Below are positions 10,364 to 23,579 of a stretch of DNA of 48,264 bases, piece after piece. The notes beneath the pieces are model-generated. The model had not been told where the DNA came from. It saw nothing but the letters and a program-made list of their open reading frames with translations, and made no database searches. Numbering within the stretch: the first letter of the stretch is position 1; the number at the start of each line of letters is the position of its first letter. Made by a program: the position numbers and the translations under genes. Source of the stretch: Intoshia linei (Eukaryota > Animalia > Orthonectida); NCBI GenBank assembly GCA_001642005.1, contig LWCA01000138.1, forward strand, positions 1 through 48,264. Reading direction: 5' to 3'.

Positions 10364-13300
10364 TTATACAAATTTAAGTTTAAATTTCTGTGAGACCTAA
10401 AAAATGATATAAAAAAAACAGACAACCAAGTTACGTCATTTATAAACTGTTTATCGTTTCTTGTGTACAAAATAATAGAAGTTCCCGTTCTACCAGCTCT
10501 CCCAGTTCGACCAGTTCGGTGAACATACGATTCAAATGTTTGTGGTATTCCAGCTAAAAAAATATAGCATAGTAAATATATAACAAAACGTTAATTAAAA
10601 ATCGACATCGTTTCATTCAATTTCGAATGTTATTAATCATAAAATTATTATATAATTAACATTAGTAAATTATAAAATCATTGATTTAAATTACCTTGTA
10701 TAATCATATCAACTTCAGGTATATCAATCCCTCTAGCAGCTACATCTGTAGCCTAAAATTAACAATAAACACAAATATTGAATATTAAATCATGTAAATA
10801 TACGATATACAAAATATATGTATATACTTAATTAGTAATCGTACCACCAACATATTAATTTGACCTTGTCTAAAACTGTGCATAACGCTGTTTCTTTTAA
10901 ATTGAGATAAATTTGAATTTATCGGGTGAGCCCTAATACCATCGTTCATATTAAGCTTTTCAGCCATTTTAGATGACATAACTAAAATATAAAATATAAG
11001 CATTACTACATTACATCATTATTTAGATTCTCAGTTTCACTGTAGAGAGAATCAAACTCACAATGCGATATTAGTGTATATTACATTAACTAATTGAGGC
11101 ATATGTCAAACTACTGCTAAATTTTCATGAAAACGAGCAAATTTTTAAAGGTCTCCGATAATCGTTAGGTTTGCAATATAATACAAAACGAATGTTATAT
11201 TTGAATATTTATTTTAAAACAAAATTTTAGCCTCGACAAAAAACGGCATATACCCGTATATACAGTCTAGGGAACCATTGACTTTGGGGAAGGTTTAATT
11301 GTGAAATCTGAATATTTAAAAAGGTTAAACACATGTCTATATGCAAGTTAATTAAAATAATATGTAATTCCAAAAATTTTAATAACCCTAAGTTTACATA
11401 TCATTCTGAAATTGAAATTTATGCTTCAGAATACAAAATGATAAGCTTTAATATAAATGTGAGTAAATATAAAAAATTAAATACATTTAGTTGGTACAAA
11501 GACAATAGTTCTTTCAGGTTTATGTTGTTTAATAGAATCTACTATATTGTCAACAAATTGGTATCGACTTGAAAGTTGTGCAAAATGACTAATATTTTCT
11601 GGATAAGCGTTTCGGTGGATGTTTACAATCTCTGGCTTGTTCATATATCTAAATAAACAATAAGTAATGTATCATACAAAAATGTAAAAAGACTATTAAA
11701 AAGTATTCAATTGCATTCATAGTACATGTCAAATGAAAATTCCACATTAACGAAATAAAAGGGTAGACTTATCTTATTAATAATTTTTAATTAATTTCAT
11801 ATGTATGACATACCTTGATTCTTTATTTTTTATAAATAGTTAAGACGCTATTAAACTAGGCAATTAAATATAATAATAAAGTATTAAAAATTACTTTTGA
11901 GACATTTCCTGTACACTATCAGTCATAGTGGCAGTAAACAAAAAAACTTGTTTTTGAGATGGGGTTCTTTCGAAAATTTTAAAAAGTTGATCCTACATGT
12001 ATTTTAGTCACAAAATAACACCAAAAACAAACCTTAAAACCAGGATTTAACAATTCATCGGCTTCGTCAAGCACGATAAATGATGTTTTATCGAATTTCT
12101 ATAGAATAAAATTAACCATGAAACTAAAGTCTTTACAATATTTCCAGATTCTATATGATCAATTAAACGCCCGGGTGTAGCACAAACTATTGATACTCCT
12201 CTTCTTAAAAAATCCTCCTAAAAGAAGTACAATATAATTTTTGTTATATTGTAATATTAACATGTTCATACTATACCTTTATAATTATAAAACAAATTCT
12301 GGGATAGTTTTTCAAATCTTGAGCAAAATTGCAACATCAAAATCTTGCAGTTTCATGATCAAAAACTCACATACCGTTTTGTTAAAAAATGAAACAAGCT
12401 CTAGGATTTTAAAAAAATCAGTTATTTCAGTTAATACACAAAAAAATTTAATTTCAGAAATTGACGCCTTCACGATATAAAATAACTTTAGTATTGATTT
12501 TTTTTAAAACAATAAATATTCAATAACTAATAGTCCTAAAACGTAACCAAAATTATTCTGATAGTTTATTCCAGTTGATTTAGAGTAGTGGTTACCGATT
12601 GGGTCCCTGCATCCCTTGGGCCAAAAACTATGTGTGGGGTCCGTGAGATTCAAATCAAATATGAAAAAAATCTTATCAACTATTATTTATTTTTATAAGA
12701 GAATTATTAATCTTTAAATAGTTTCGACATAAAAAACATGAATACTAAAGTGCTGTCTTAACCGTGAAGACATCACTTTGTCAGATAAAAAATGTTTGTA
12801 TGTATTCACTGGATATAAATATGCCTGCTATAATTTTATTAAAATTATAGGACTATTTCCATTTTTTAGAAAATTTTTAGAAAAAGGGCAATATGGTGTT
12901 TTGGTCGTGAAAATGTACTTTTTTGAGGTTGCCATATCAATTTTTTTAAAGGCTATAAAGTCAGAAAATCGGATTAATAGGTCATTTTTAATTTTTTTAA
13001 GACAATTAAGAACCTGTCCTAATTATAAATGAATTTTTAAATTTTTGTAATTAATAGATACGCGTGACATCCTAATGCAGTGCCGAACCTACCAAGCTGG
13101 AAGCCACCAAAAATGAAAAAACATAATAAATAAGAAATTATATACCTGTCTGTATTTAGAAGCACCACCATATACTTGAATTGTTCTCAAATAAGGATTT
13201 AGTTCCATTATAGATCTAAAGAAATGAAATAAAAAATAATTCTTAGACATTATTTTAAAAATAATATATACCTATAACTTTGAGCACACAACTCTCGGGT

Positions 13301-16258
13301 AGGTGAAATAATAAAAGCGTGAGGTGTATTTGCAATATTAATGTCTTGTCTTGAAGCTTTATTAATTTTTTCAATAACTGGAATGGAAAAAGCAAGCGTT
13401 TTTCCACTTCCCGTCATGGCACTTCCAATTATATCACTAATCAATAAAATAAACAATGGTAAAGATAAACAACAAAAATTAGAAAAATCTGTAATTTTAA
13501 AGTTTCACGGTCTAGGTAACTGTCTATTTACACGAAATTAGTATCTTACATTATTATTATATTGAATACCAGGGGTTCTCAACTTTTTTAAAACAACAGG
13601 CCCCTTATTACACCATATTCATAAATCAACACCCCTTGTAATAAAATAGACTGTAATTTTTATAAAATCAATAATAATGGAAAAAAAGGTAAATAATTTT
13701 TATTTTTTTCCATGTCATACTTGCGCCTGGTCATTGCGTTAACTCATTAATTCTTGGTTTTATGATATTTAATTTGATAATAATATCTCCTCTTTAATAT
13801 ATTACTTTTGTTATTATCTTTACTGAATGGTTTACAGAACTGAATCCACTTTCAACCATGTAAGATGTTGGAAAACACAATAATATACACGATAAAGACA
13901 TTTTGAAATCTCACATCCCCATAATACAAATTTTTTTTTGTCAACAATATCAAAAATAACACATTTGACATCCTTACTTATATAAAATTAATGTCAGTTA
14001 ATTAGTGTGTAACCATTTATTAAAACAAATTGACAGTCGCAGGATTTAAATTAACACAATTCTAATACATTTTTTCCCAAGATTATTTATCTTTTATTTA
14101 CTTTTACATTCTATTTTTAAGTTTCAAAATTTGAATCCTTTAGGATAAAAAACCCAATTTCCCCTTTTTTTTTAAAAAAAATCAGCCTGAAAATGTAATA
14201 AAACATACATTCTGGGACATGGTCAAAACCACAAATTACCCTATGTTTTAAAATAGAAACCAGTCCTAAATTTTTTTTAAATATAAATTCTGGGATAGTT
14301 CTTAAAATCATGAACATTAATAAATGGAAACCTCGAAAAAAATAATTTTCACAATTAAAACGCCACATTACCATTTTTTTTTTTAAATAAAAACAACCCT
14401 AGAATTTAAAAAAAAGAATATCTAAATCTAAAGAATGTCTAAAAAGTTCCTGTTAAGAAACACAAATTACAATCTGAATAAATGACGCCTTATCGGTCAA
14501 CAAAGTACTTTCATAATCATTTTTTTTTATTTCGAAACTATTTTATTAAAACAAAAAGTTTGAAATAATTATTGGTCCTACAATTATTTACTTTAAATGA
14601 TTGATAATAGTGAATAGTAGGATTTTTAAGTTAGATTTTCAATGTGAATTTATTTTTTTGGTAGAATAAAAATATGCCCTCGGTAGAGCTAGGATGCTGT
14701 TTGTACGAAATACATAACAGTCAGGTTAGTTTTTAATAATATTGGCTGCAGCGCCCCTAAATTTTGAAAACACCACTTGGGACGCTAACGCCCAAGTTGA
14801 GAACCACTGTTGTTTAATATACGTATGTATATGTGTATGTATGTATGTATATGCGAAAAACAAAAAGGGGCGTTTAATCAATTCAATCAATCAATGCTTA
14901 AATCAATTCCTTTATAAAACAATGCGAAGATTTAGCTTACTTCTCATTTGAAAGCAACAATAACGATCCCATTAAAATGTATGAAATAAATTTGTTCAAT
15001 TGTTATGCAAAAGTTTTCCGCTACTACTTAATTCGTCTATTTTCTGAGTCTTTAACATTATATTTGAATAATCTATTTTTGATTAATTAATTTGGTGGTA
15101 TGACCAGGGCTACTACATTTTCCGATATTTTTCAATGGAAAATAGATAATATATCTACTATTGTAAAATATTGCAGTAGTACAACAGTACAATTGTATCT
15201 ACAAAGCTTTTAGTGGATATGATAGTTGACACGTTTTCATTTCTATAAAGGTTTGAAGTAAGTACAGACAGTGTCGTGGAGAGGGTCATATCACCCGTGT
15301 CTACAATCATGAGTGCCTACTTTTTTAAATTATTAATAGGTATTGATGAAAAATTTCTTAAGTATATCATAATTTCAATAATCAATGATTTCCAATAATT
15401 ATTTTTAATTTTTAGATAATGAACGTTCGATTAATTAATGTATAGAGATCCATTTTTATAAAAAAAATAAGGGCCTATACTTTCCATCGATCCCGGGCCT
15501 ACTGCTGGCTCTCCACGACCATTATTATGACCAAATCAACTTTAATTCTTAAATTGTATCCGTTTAATTTAAGTAACTAGTTAACACTTTATTTGTAATT
15601 AATATTGTATTAATTGATTTTTAATCAGGGGTGCAGTCATTAAGATCAATATTTCGGGGTGCATAGGTCAAAAAAGGTTAAGAACCACTGTTGTATCTGA
15701 TAAATTTAGTGGTTAGTTAGTGACCTATTTTCATTTTCGGGTGGTCTCGAGCTTGGTAGGTTCGACTCGATCATTGAAAGTGATTCACTGTATTATATTC
15801 ATGTTAAAATTATATTTAATCATCTTCATCACCATTATATTTTTTAAAATTAAACAATAACTTACCGACCACCTAATGAATGTTTCAAAGTTTTAAATTG
15901 AATTTCTGACGGATTTAAATAACCCAATTTTTCCAATCTCTTTAAAAGAGTTTTCGATATATCAAAATCATTAAAATTCCTAAACATGAAAATAATTAAT
16001 GTGTAAATTAGATGCATGTTACCCATGAGTCCATTCTTTTTTAAAAATTAATCTTTTCGAAACACTATCATAATCAAAATCATCTCTAGACTTTTCATTA
16101 GTCTGATATTTTTCTTCTTCAGGTTGGCTTGTAAAGAATCTGCATTCTTTTAAATTTTTTAAGTCTAGACGAAATTTATTTAGTTTATCTTATGTAATAA
16201 AAAAAAGGATTTTACCCCTAATAAAACTAAATAAACTAAGTTGCCGTATTCTCATCAT
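10364..16258 (-). CDS. DEAD-box ATP-dependent RNA helicase, DDX21/DDX50/PMH-like core, multi-exon
   Basis: Exons give the Q motif (FNDFDISKTLLKRLEKLGYLNPSEIQ, ~15866-15979), I AMTGSGKTLAF and Ia PTRELCAQ (~13272-13437), YGG, Ib ATPGRLIDHI, II DEADELL (~12060), III TAT (~11930), ATDVAARGIDIPEVD (~10695-10752) and VI HRTGRTGRAGRTG (~10480-10525). Stop TAA at 10364. The two 5'-most exons (16023-16258) are less certain. Confidence 0.9.
12700..12960 (-). mobile_element. Helitron-like family internal fragment in a helicase intron, next to a hAT MITE end at ~12586
   Basis: accgtgaagacatcactttgtcagat...ggtcgtgaaaatgtacttttttgaggttgccat matches 1226-1388. Confidence 0.65.
13570..14809. mobile_element. 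hAT MITE hosting a nested Helitron-like element
   Basis: TIRs CAGGGGTTCTCAACTT / AAGTTGAGAACCACTG. The TSD is degraded (ttgaatac vs ttgtttaa). Confidence 0.65.
13971..14729 (+). mobile_element. Complete non-autonomous Helitron-like element (~760 bp)
   Basis: Inserted between A and T. 5' TCCTTACTTATATAAAA, 3' hairpin CTGTTTGTACGAAATACATAACAG followed by ggTTAG|T. No TSD or TIR. Confidence 0.85.
15270..15522 (+). mobile_element. hAT-like MITE (uninterrupted copy)
   Basis: Terminal inverted GTCGTGGAGAG / CTCTCCACGAC. The interior is homologous to 9590-10169. Confidence 0.7.
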
Positions 16259-16831
16259 GCTTTTAATAACTGCGATAATATATATTAACAATAATGTTCA
16301 ATTTATTTTAAGTTTTCAATTATTCCTTTATTTACATTCATACATAATTTCTGTAATGATAATTGTATTAATTGTATCTGTCTACAATTTACGGAATCTT
16401 ATTGATCGGTATGCACGGTACAATCTTCACGGGGAGAAAAATTGATTGTTATAAAAAATAAATAATATAAAAAATCAGAGATCAGAGATCAGTGATCATT
16501 CCAATTAGTCTGTATGGTTCGTTAAAAGTAAATTTTTCAGTCTTCAATTTCAGAATTTTTGAAACTTTGAGACAAAGTATTTCAAAATGCTTGCAATAAA
16601 GTTTACTTTAAATTGAGTATTATCGACAATTTAGATGTAAAAATTTAAGCCACTTGACGAATTTTAACCAATAAAGTCTGTCATTAAATATACAATTTCT
16701 ACAATCAAAATAAAAAAAGTTGATAAAATTACCATAGATTATAAATTATATATAAAATTTTTTACAAATAAAGATAATTTTATCTTGAAATTTATAAAAA
16801 ATTAAAAAATTGTCATTTGAAAAATTAAAAT

Positions 16832-19800
16832 ATGCAAGTTGAAAATTTGACTGACACAAGTTCAGAGAGTGAAACAGAACCATTAGAAATTGACGATAAA
16901 ACTTTACTAGAAATTGAAACATTAAACAAAACTATAATAGAATATCCATACGATTACGAGTCATACATAAAATTGATAACAACTTGCTCAAAATATAAAA
17001 AAAATGTCGAAATTTACAAAAAATTGAACCAATGCCGTAATAACATGCAAAAAATGTTCCCCTTAACAGAAACATTATGGATCGATTGGATATCAGACAT
17101 TGAAAACGAATCAAACAACGATAACGCTGATCCGGAAATAGATGAAACTATTAAAAAACTATATGAACTTTCAATCAAGGATTATATTTCTGTTAAAATT
17201 TGGTGTAAATATTATCAATACCTAATTGGACGAGACACTAGTTTTGAAATTATAGAAAAAATTTTAGATAGGGCTTTACTTAGTGCTGGATTTAATGTTA
17301 ATGATGGTAATACGTTGTGGAAATTATACAGAGAATACGAATTTACAATATTGTCAAATTTCGACAAGGATACTGAATGTTACAAAAAACACTACAAAAA
17401 AATTTCGTCACTATTTATCAGACAACTTTCAATTCCATCTATTCATTTAAACCAGGTTACAGAAGAAGCTAAAAATTGGTTCAATGAATCTGAATTATCT
17501 GAAATTTTGACATCTAATCAACATGAAATTGTTTTAAAATCTTGGAATGAAATGGAAAAATTTGAAAATTTACTAAAATCTCTAGACAATTCGTCCAAAA
17601 TTGTTGAAACTTTTCAAAATTATATTGATTCAATTATTAACAAAAATCTTTGGGCGTTTGATCCTTCCGTCATTTTTTCTGTTTTTGAACGGTTTGTCAC
17701 ATTATGCTGTTTGGATGAAAATGCTTGGATTAAATATATTAAATTTATTGTTGAATATGTCAAGGATTATTCGAGGGCTCATGATGTTTCTGTTAGGGCT
17801 AGTAGAAATTGTTATTGGTCCAATAAAATTTTATTGTATCAACTTTTGTTTTGGGAACATTCGGTAGCAATTGATTATGAAGCTGTGTGTGATAAATTCA
17901 TTTTGGCGTCAACTAGTGCTCGTGATTATGTCAATTTACATATAGAACTCATTTCTATTCTTTTTAGAAGGTTTTTTAATTTCATTTTAATTTTAATTTT
18001 TTATTCTAGTGAAACAAAAAAAAATAGCGACATTACTTTTTATTTCGAAAAATCTTTGCAATTGTTGACAGTAAATTACCCACACGAAAAAGGATCGTAT
18101 CTTAGATTTTTACAATTTTGGTTAAATTGGGAAGAATTTGAATGTAAAAACATGCTGACTAGTCGAAAAATTTGGGAAAAGATTATTACTTGCGGAACAT
18201 CCAAGCAGGGTGAAATTTGGTGTGAATATATCAAATTTGAATGGAGGAATGGTACAAAAGATTCATGTCGTAAAGTACAAAAAATGGCTTTAAATTCAAA
18301 TCCAGATAATTTTCATAAAATTGCTCATTTGTGTCTTTCTTATGAACGCATACATGGAGAACATGAGGATTATTTGAATTTGCATGAAAAAATTGATAAA
18401 GTTAATGAACGTGATAAAGTTTATGGTGCTCATAAACACGGTGAAAAAAGAAAATTTAATTTTATTGTGAAAAAAAAATTTGAACCTAAAAAACAAAAAA
18501 CTTATTTACCTAATATAAATGTCGCTCAAAATGTAAAGGTTCAAAAGAAAGCGCAACCCAAGCTTGATAAAATGATAGACAATGATGGGTTTGCTGTTCC
18601 AAACAAAAGAATTGGTTTTTTATCTATATTGTATTATAATAATTACTAGCTTGGCTGTTTTGTACTTTGTACAAACAGCATCAACTCTGCCGAGGGCAGA
18701 TTTTTTAATTTTACCGAAAAATAAAATTTACATAAAAATTACTTTATATAAGTTAGGACGGGTGATTTGAGGTTTTAATTATGAATATATTAGTTTTTGA
18801 AATTGAAATGTATAATATTCTATTGATTGATTTTAAAATATGTATCAGGATGTAAATTTAAAAAATTTTTTATTCTTGTTTTATTTTTAAAAATAGCATC
18901 AGTAATTTAGGGTTTTTACCCTGAAAGATTCAATTTCTGAAATATAATTTACTACAAAATCTAATCTTCTAAAAAAACTATTAGAAATAGGCGTTTTAAA
19001 ACTTTACACATCTTACTTTCGTAAATAAAATGGATAAACAAATTAAAAAAACTGGACCTTCCTTAAAATTTGATATAAAAAAATTTCCCTTAAAACCCTG
19101 TTAAAAATATGGTTAAATAAAATTTCGTAAAAGAATAAATAGTCGTTTTCAAACTGGGTTTGAAGGTTTAGGGTGCATGGAATGTTGAAATTTTGATATA
19201 TTTATTTTTACAAGTAAAAATAAGGCGGAAATTAAACTCAAATTTTACCATTGTCCACATTAAAATGAATCTTGTATTTCTTCAAGATGGGATAATAATT
19301 TATTGTTGAATTTATTATCACAATCGTTTGAATAAGTGATGGAGAAAAAAGAAATATCACCTAGGCATACTTTAGAAATTATAAAATTTAATTGTTCTCT
19401 AAATATTATAATAGTCTCCTAAAGATCAATGATTGTTGTATCTTTTCCTTGCAATTTTTTGTTGAGATTATTCATAATTACACTAACATGAGTTAAAATG
19501 TATATTTTTTAAGAAATTTGCACACTACTTTAGAACGAATAAATTTAAATTAAATGTTTTAAACAGGGACAAAAAAATTTTAAATTATTTTAAATATTCG
19601 GCGAACCACAAAAAATGTCAAAAGGGCCACAGGTTAAGAATCACTATTGTAGGTATTACATACATACAAAATTGCTTTTAAATAACAGACGTTTTTAACT
19701 ACTTTTACGTTACTTAAATCAGGATTTCATGAAAAATATTATCTTTTAGAACCGACAAAAACAAGTGATTATAGTGATAATCCAAACCTCACCTTATTTT

Positions 19801-21898
19801 TGAGTAATATTGCGTACAATGTTGAAGAAGCCCAAATTCGTAAAGCACTTGAAAAGGTTTTATTATTTTATACTAATACGTTTATTTTACGTAATATTTT
19901 ATACATATTGTTTTGAAATATTAATACATTTTTGTATATTTCATGTACATTTTCTTATTATGTTTATTAAATTTTATGTTTAAATATGTAGTGTAAAGGA
20001 ATTACTAGCGTTCAAATTGTACGGGACAATTTCACTCTAAAATCGAAAGGATTTGGATATTTGAAATTTGAATCAAATGTAATTCGTGCGTTAACTCAGG
20101 GATCGCCAAATTCGTATATGAAAATTTGAGGTTCATAAGCAGAATTTATTTTACTTTTTAGTATTAAGTATTTCCTATAGAATAAAACATCATGTGTTCA
20201 CTTCTGAAATTGATAATTATTATAACTAATATTTAGCAAATTATTGTATTTAAAATTAAAATAAAACCTGCCATATGTGAAAACATTTTTATAAAGATTT
20301 ATAAAACAAAAAAAGTTTGGCGATCCCTGCGTTAATATTTATTTGTAAAAAATATAATTACGAAAATAGACGAGTTTAATTGTTTTCAACTTTTGTTATA
20401 AGGTATACATGTAGTGCTATTGTTGTTAAAAAATTTTGTATCGAAGATTAATAGTTATCAAAGGTTTCTAGTTATCACATTGACATTGTCTATATGACTT
20501 TGTATGCCATTTTGTAAAATGTTGAGTTTCGTGAATTTTATATGTTTAAAATCTTGCCAACATGAAAAGTTTGGAAAGCATAATAAATTAATAAACATAT
20601 GAAAAATATATGCTACTCTATTAATCATGTATAATAAAGGAATATAAAGAAGCAGCACTAAAATACGACCGAACTCCAGTTGGTGGCAGACCGCTTTATG
20701 TTTCCCTGCTTAAAGAAGACAAAACAAAACCAAACTCTTTTAAAGTATTTAATGTCTGATGTGTATTAATATTGCTTTTAGTATTCAACTATCAAGGAAG
20801 ATAATAAAGTGTTTATCAAATACCTACCTCCTGATATGACCTCATCTAAACTTGAAGAATTGTTTTCAAAAGTAAGTACATAAGTACACTAATAATTTAA
20901 AAAAAAATTATTGTAATATGGCTTTTTTACTTTTAGTATACTTTTTAGTTTGGAGATATTTTGAATGTCAGATTAATAACATTTAAAGATGGTCAATCTA
21001 AGGGTATTGCATATATTGATTTCAAAACAAGCGTAATTTTTAACCCTTTTATCCTAACTTGTATAAAACTCTTTGTTTGTGTGTTGTCGTGTATAACACA
21101 AACTAAGAGTACTTGAATTTTAACAAACACAAATTCCTAGTCTGTTTGTTTCGGAGAGAATTAGGATAAATTTGAATCTCAGAAATGTACATCTTTACGG
21201 CCAAAAACCCCAATAATCCATTTTTTTAATATCAAACGAGCCCTTAAACTTAAAAAATATACTCTAACACTGATTTTAAAATCTATTATCAGATAATTTA
21301 TCATACATTTAAATTTAACAAAAGGTCTATCTTCAGAGTCAAAACCACAATTACAGTTGATACAGTTATTCAAAAATTAACACAAAAAATTTTAATCTGG
21401 CAAAGTCACATCTTCGCGGTCAAAAAAGCATTTTATAAAACTAGCTGCTGTTATGATTAAATTAAGATTTATTTATAAAGATGTTAAGATTAATTTTTGT
21501 ATTCAAATGATTGTAAGTTGTAAATGTATATTAGTGTGCATCATGTATCCATTATCTTTATTATTTGTTATAAATAGGAATTTGCAAATAAGGCAGTAGA
21601 AAATATGAATGGAAAAGAAATTGAAAACAAACAACTTTTTGTGGCGATAAGTGACCCACCGGCAAAGTCCCTTCAGAAGAAAACTCCAATTCTCAACATC
21701 AAGAAAAGTTTTGTCGAATGTGTAAATAAGAGGTGATTTTTTAAATTTATTTTAGGACAAGTATAATTAGAACATTATTTTAGCAAAGAAACGGGAATGC
21801 ACCTTAGAATAAAACCTAGAAGTATACAAATAAAACAACCACCAGAAAATTTTAAGGCGAAATCGAATGACGAATTTAGAAAATATATTAAGAATTAA
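16832..21898 (+). CDS. SART3: SART3/Prp24-like U4/U6 recycling factor (HAT repeats, 2 RRMs, Lsm-interaction tail)
   Basis: N-terminal PYDYESYIKLI...MQKMFPLTETLWIDWI and HAT repeats. RRM exons TLFLSNIAY (~19790), SKGFGYLKF (~20045), VFIKYLP (~20810), SKGIAYIDF (~21000), LFVAISDPP (~21640). C-terminal KSNDEFRK then TAA at 21898. Confidence 0.93.
18646..19045 (-). mobile_element. Helitron-like family copy in a SART3 intron
   Basis: Minus strand reads gccctcggcagagttgatgCTGTTTGTACAAAGTACAAAACAGccaagCTAG|T. The internal module ...ttttaccctgaaagattcaatttctga is shared with the family. Confidence 0.75.
20097..20329. mobile_element. hAT MITE in a SART3 intron
   Basis: TIRs CAGGGATCGCCAAA / TTTGGCGATCCCTG. 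Near-TSD cgttaact / cgttaata. Confidence 0.85.
21052..21455 (+). mobile_element. Helitron-like family copy in a SART3 intron
   Basis: A|TCCTAACTTGTATAAAA start, a GT-rich tract, and family modules (tttacggccaaaaacccc; cttcgcggtcaaaaaagc). Confidence 0.7.
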
Positions 21899-22009
21899 TT
21901 ATATTTTTTGTAAGGATGTATTAAAATTTATAAAATGGTAGTGTTTATTATTAATTTATATCAACAATTACTCTTGTATTTATTTTTTTGAAACAAATGT
22001 AATATTTAT

Positions 22010-23579
22010 TTATTCATTATTGTCAATATCATTTTTAACATATTTTTGACAGTTTAATTTTCTCTGGATCGGAAAAGCTCTATTTACATTAGCTAAACCC
22101 ATTCCAATTCCAACGCCGAAACCAAGAGTTATAGGCCACGCTTTTCCTAATTTAGAATTAGTAATAATAGTATTATTAATTAATATTCCCGTATATGTTT
22201 GAAGTAGTGTAAAATAGTTCAGGAATTGTAAACTTTACAATTCCGAAGACATAAAAATATCTTATTTAAATGTGCCTGAATAGATCCATGCCTGGGTCAT
22301 CGAAAATAAAAAATGCCCCCGATGTGTACTATCAATGACATTATGTCACATACACCTAGTCACTTCTCAAAGAAATTCGTCGACTCGGGATTTAGGTACA
22401 TTGTAAATTAGGGCTATTCATATTTTGACTTTTTTTTAATTTAAAAAAGACATATAGCTAATAATCTTCATTTAATTTTTTTTTTATTATATTAGTATAT
22501 ACTGACAAATATGTAATTGAATACTTACAAAATAATTTTATTAGTGACATTTTAATATTTATACTGACAATTTTTGTTGAAAATATTGAAAATTTTTTAT
22601 TAAAATACTTCCCTTATTTAAATTTATTAACAACTGATTATTAAAATTTTCAATAAACTAACTGAGAAATCATAAAATCAAAATCTTTATACTATATTTA
22701 TGTATAATTACGTACGTTTGGTTAACAAGGAGTAAATGGTACCAGCACCAGATCCAATTACTAAAATAAAAATATATTTACGTCTAAGGACCTAGTCGAT
22801 GATACTTATAGTCAAAGTATGACATTATATCCATACATGTAGGTACTAAATTTGGTAGGTGAACGACACTATCGTGTTAAAAAGTACCTGAATGGTTTGT
22901 AAATGACAAATTGTAATGCTTGATAATATTATACCAGTTTTATATAGGGTTGAGCGTATTTTTAAAATGATATGAATAAGACACTCAAAATAAATAATGC
23001 ATTTCGGTGATTGGCAAAAGATTGACAGTAAAATCGATTGTAAACCAAATATAGTTTTCTCTACAACTCGCCATTACTTGCCAGGTTATACATTTTTTCA
23101 AAGCGTTATTTTATTAACTGGGACCAAGGTTGAAAAATTTTCATATCAAAATGAATAGTATTGTTTGCTATGATTATATTTTTGCCAAATTCTCCACTGT
23201 CACCAAAGTATCCCAAATTTTGCAAAATAGGGGAATACTCTGATATTCGTAACTTTTTACAATATAAAAAAATGTATTTTTAATTTTAATGAATTTTATT
23301 TTTATTCATCTTTTATATGGCTCCCATGTTATATACCTCGCCATACTTTTCGAAATGACAGTAATGGTGGTATTTACTTAAGAGTTTAATTAGAATGTAT
23401 TATATTTATTTAATTTACTCTGATAATGAATTCAATATATACTTACATGATTTCACTGCCAGTTCACTTGCTGATAATTCTATATCATTTCCTATTTTTT
23501 TAAAATCTGGAACTTTCAAGTTTTCTTTTAGAATTTCTGAATTTGTAATATTATTTTTTATATCAATATCTTTTGTCAT
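22010..23579 (-). CDS. MICOS10: MICOS complex subunit Mic10, 3 exons
   Basis: Phase-consistent exons ~23447-23579, ~22717-22761 and 22010-22147 give ...AVKSLIGSGAGTIYSLLTKRKAWPITLGFGVGIGMGLAN: two GxGxG TM segments around a basic KRK loop. Absent from the ORF track. Confidence 0.9.
23050..23375 (+). mobile_element. Degenerate copy of the CAGTATTCTCTC MITE family in a MICOS10 intron
   Basis: tagttttctctacaactcgcca... and ctcgccatacttttcgaaat match 8910-8935 and 9392-9410. Confidence 0.55.
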
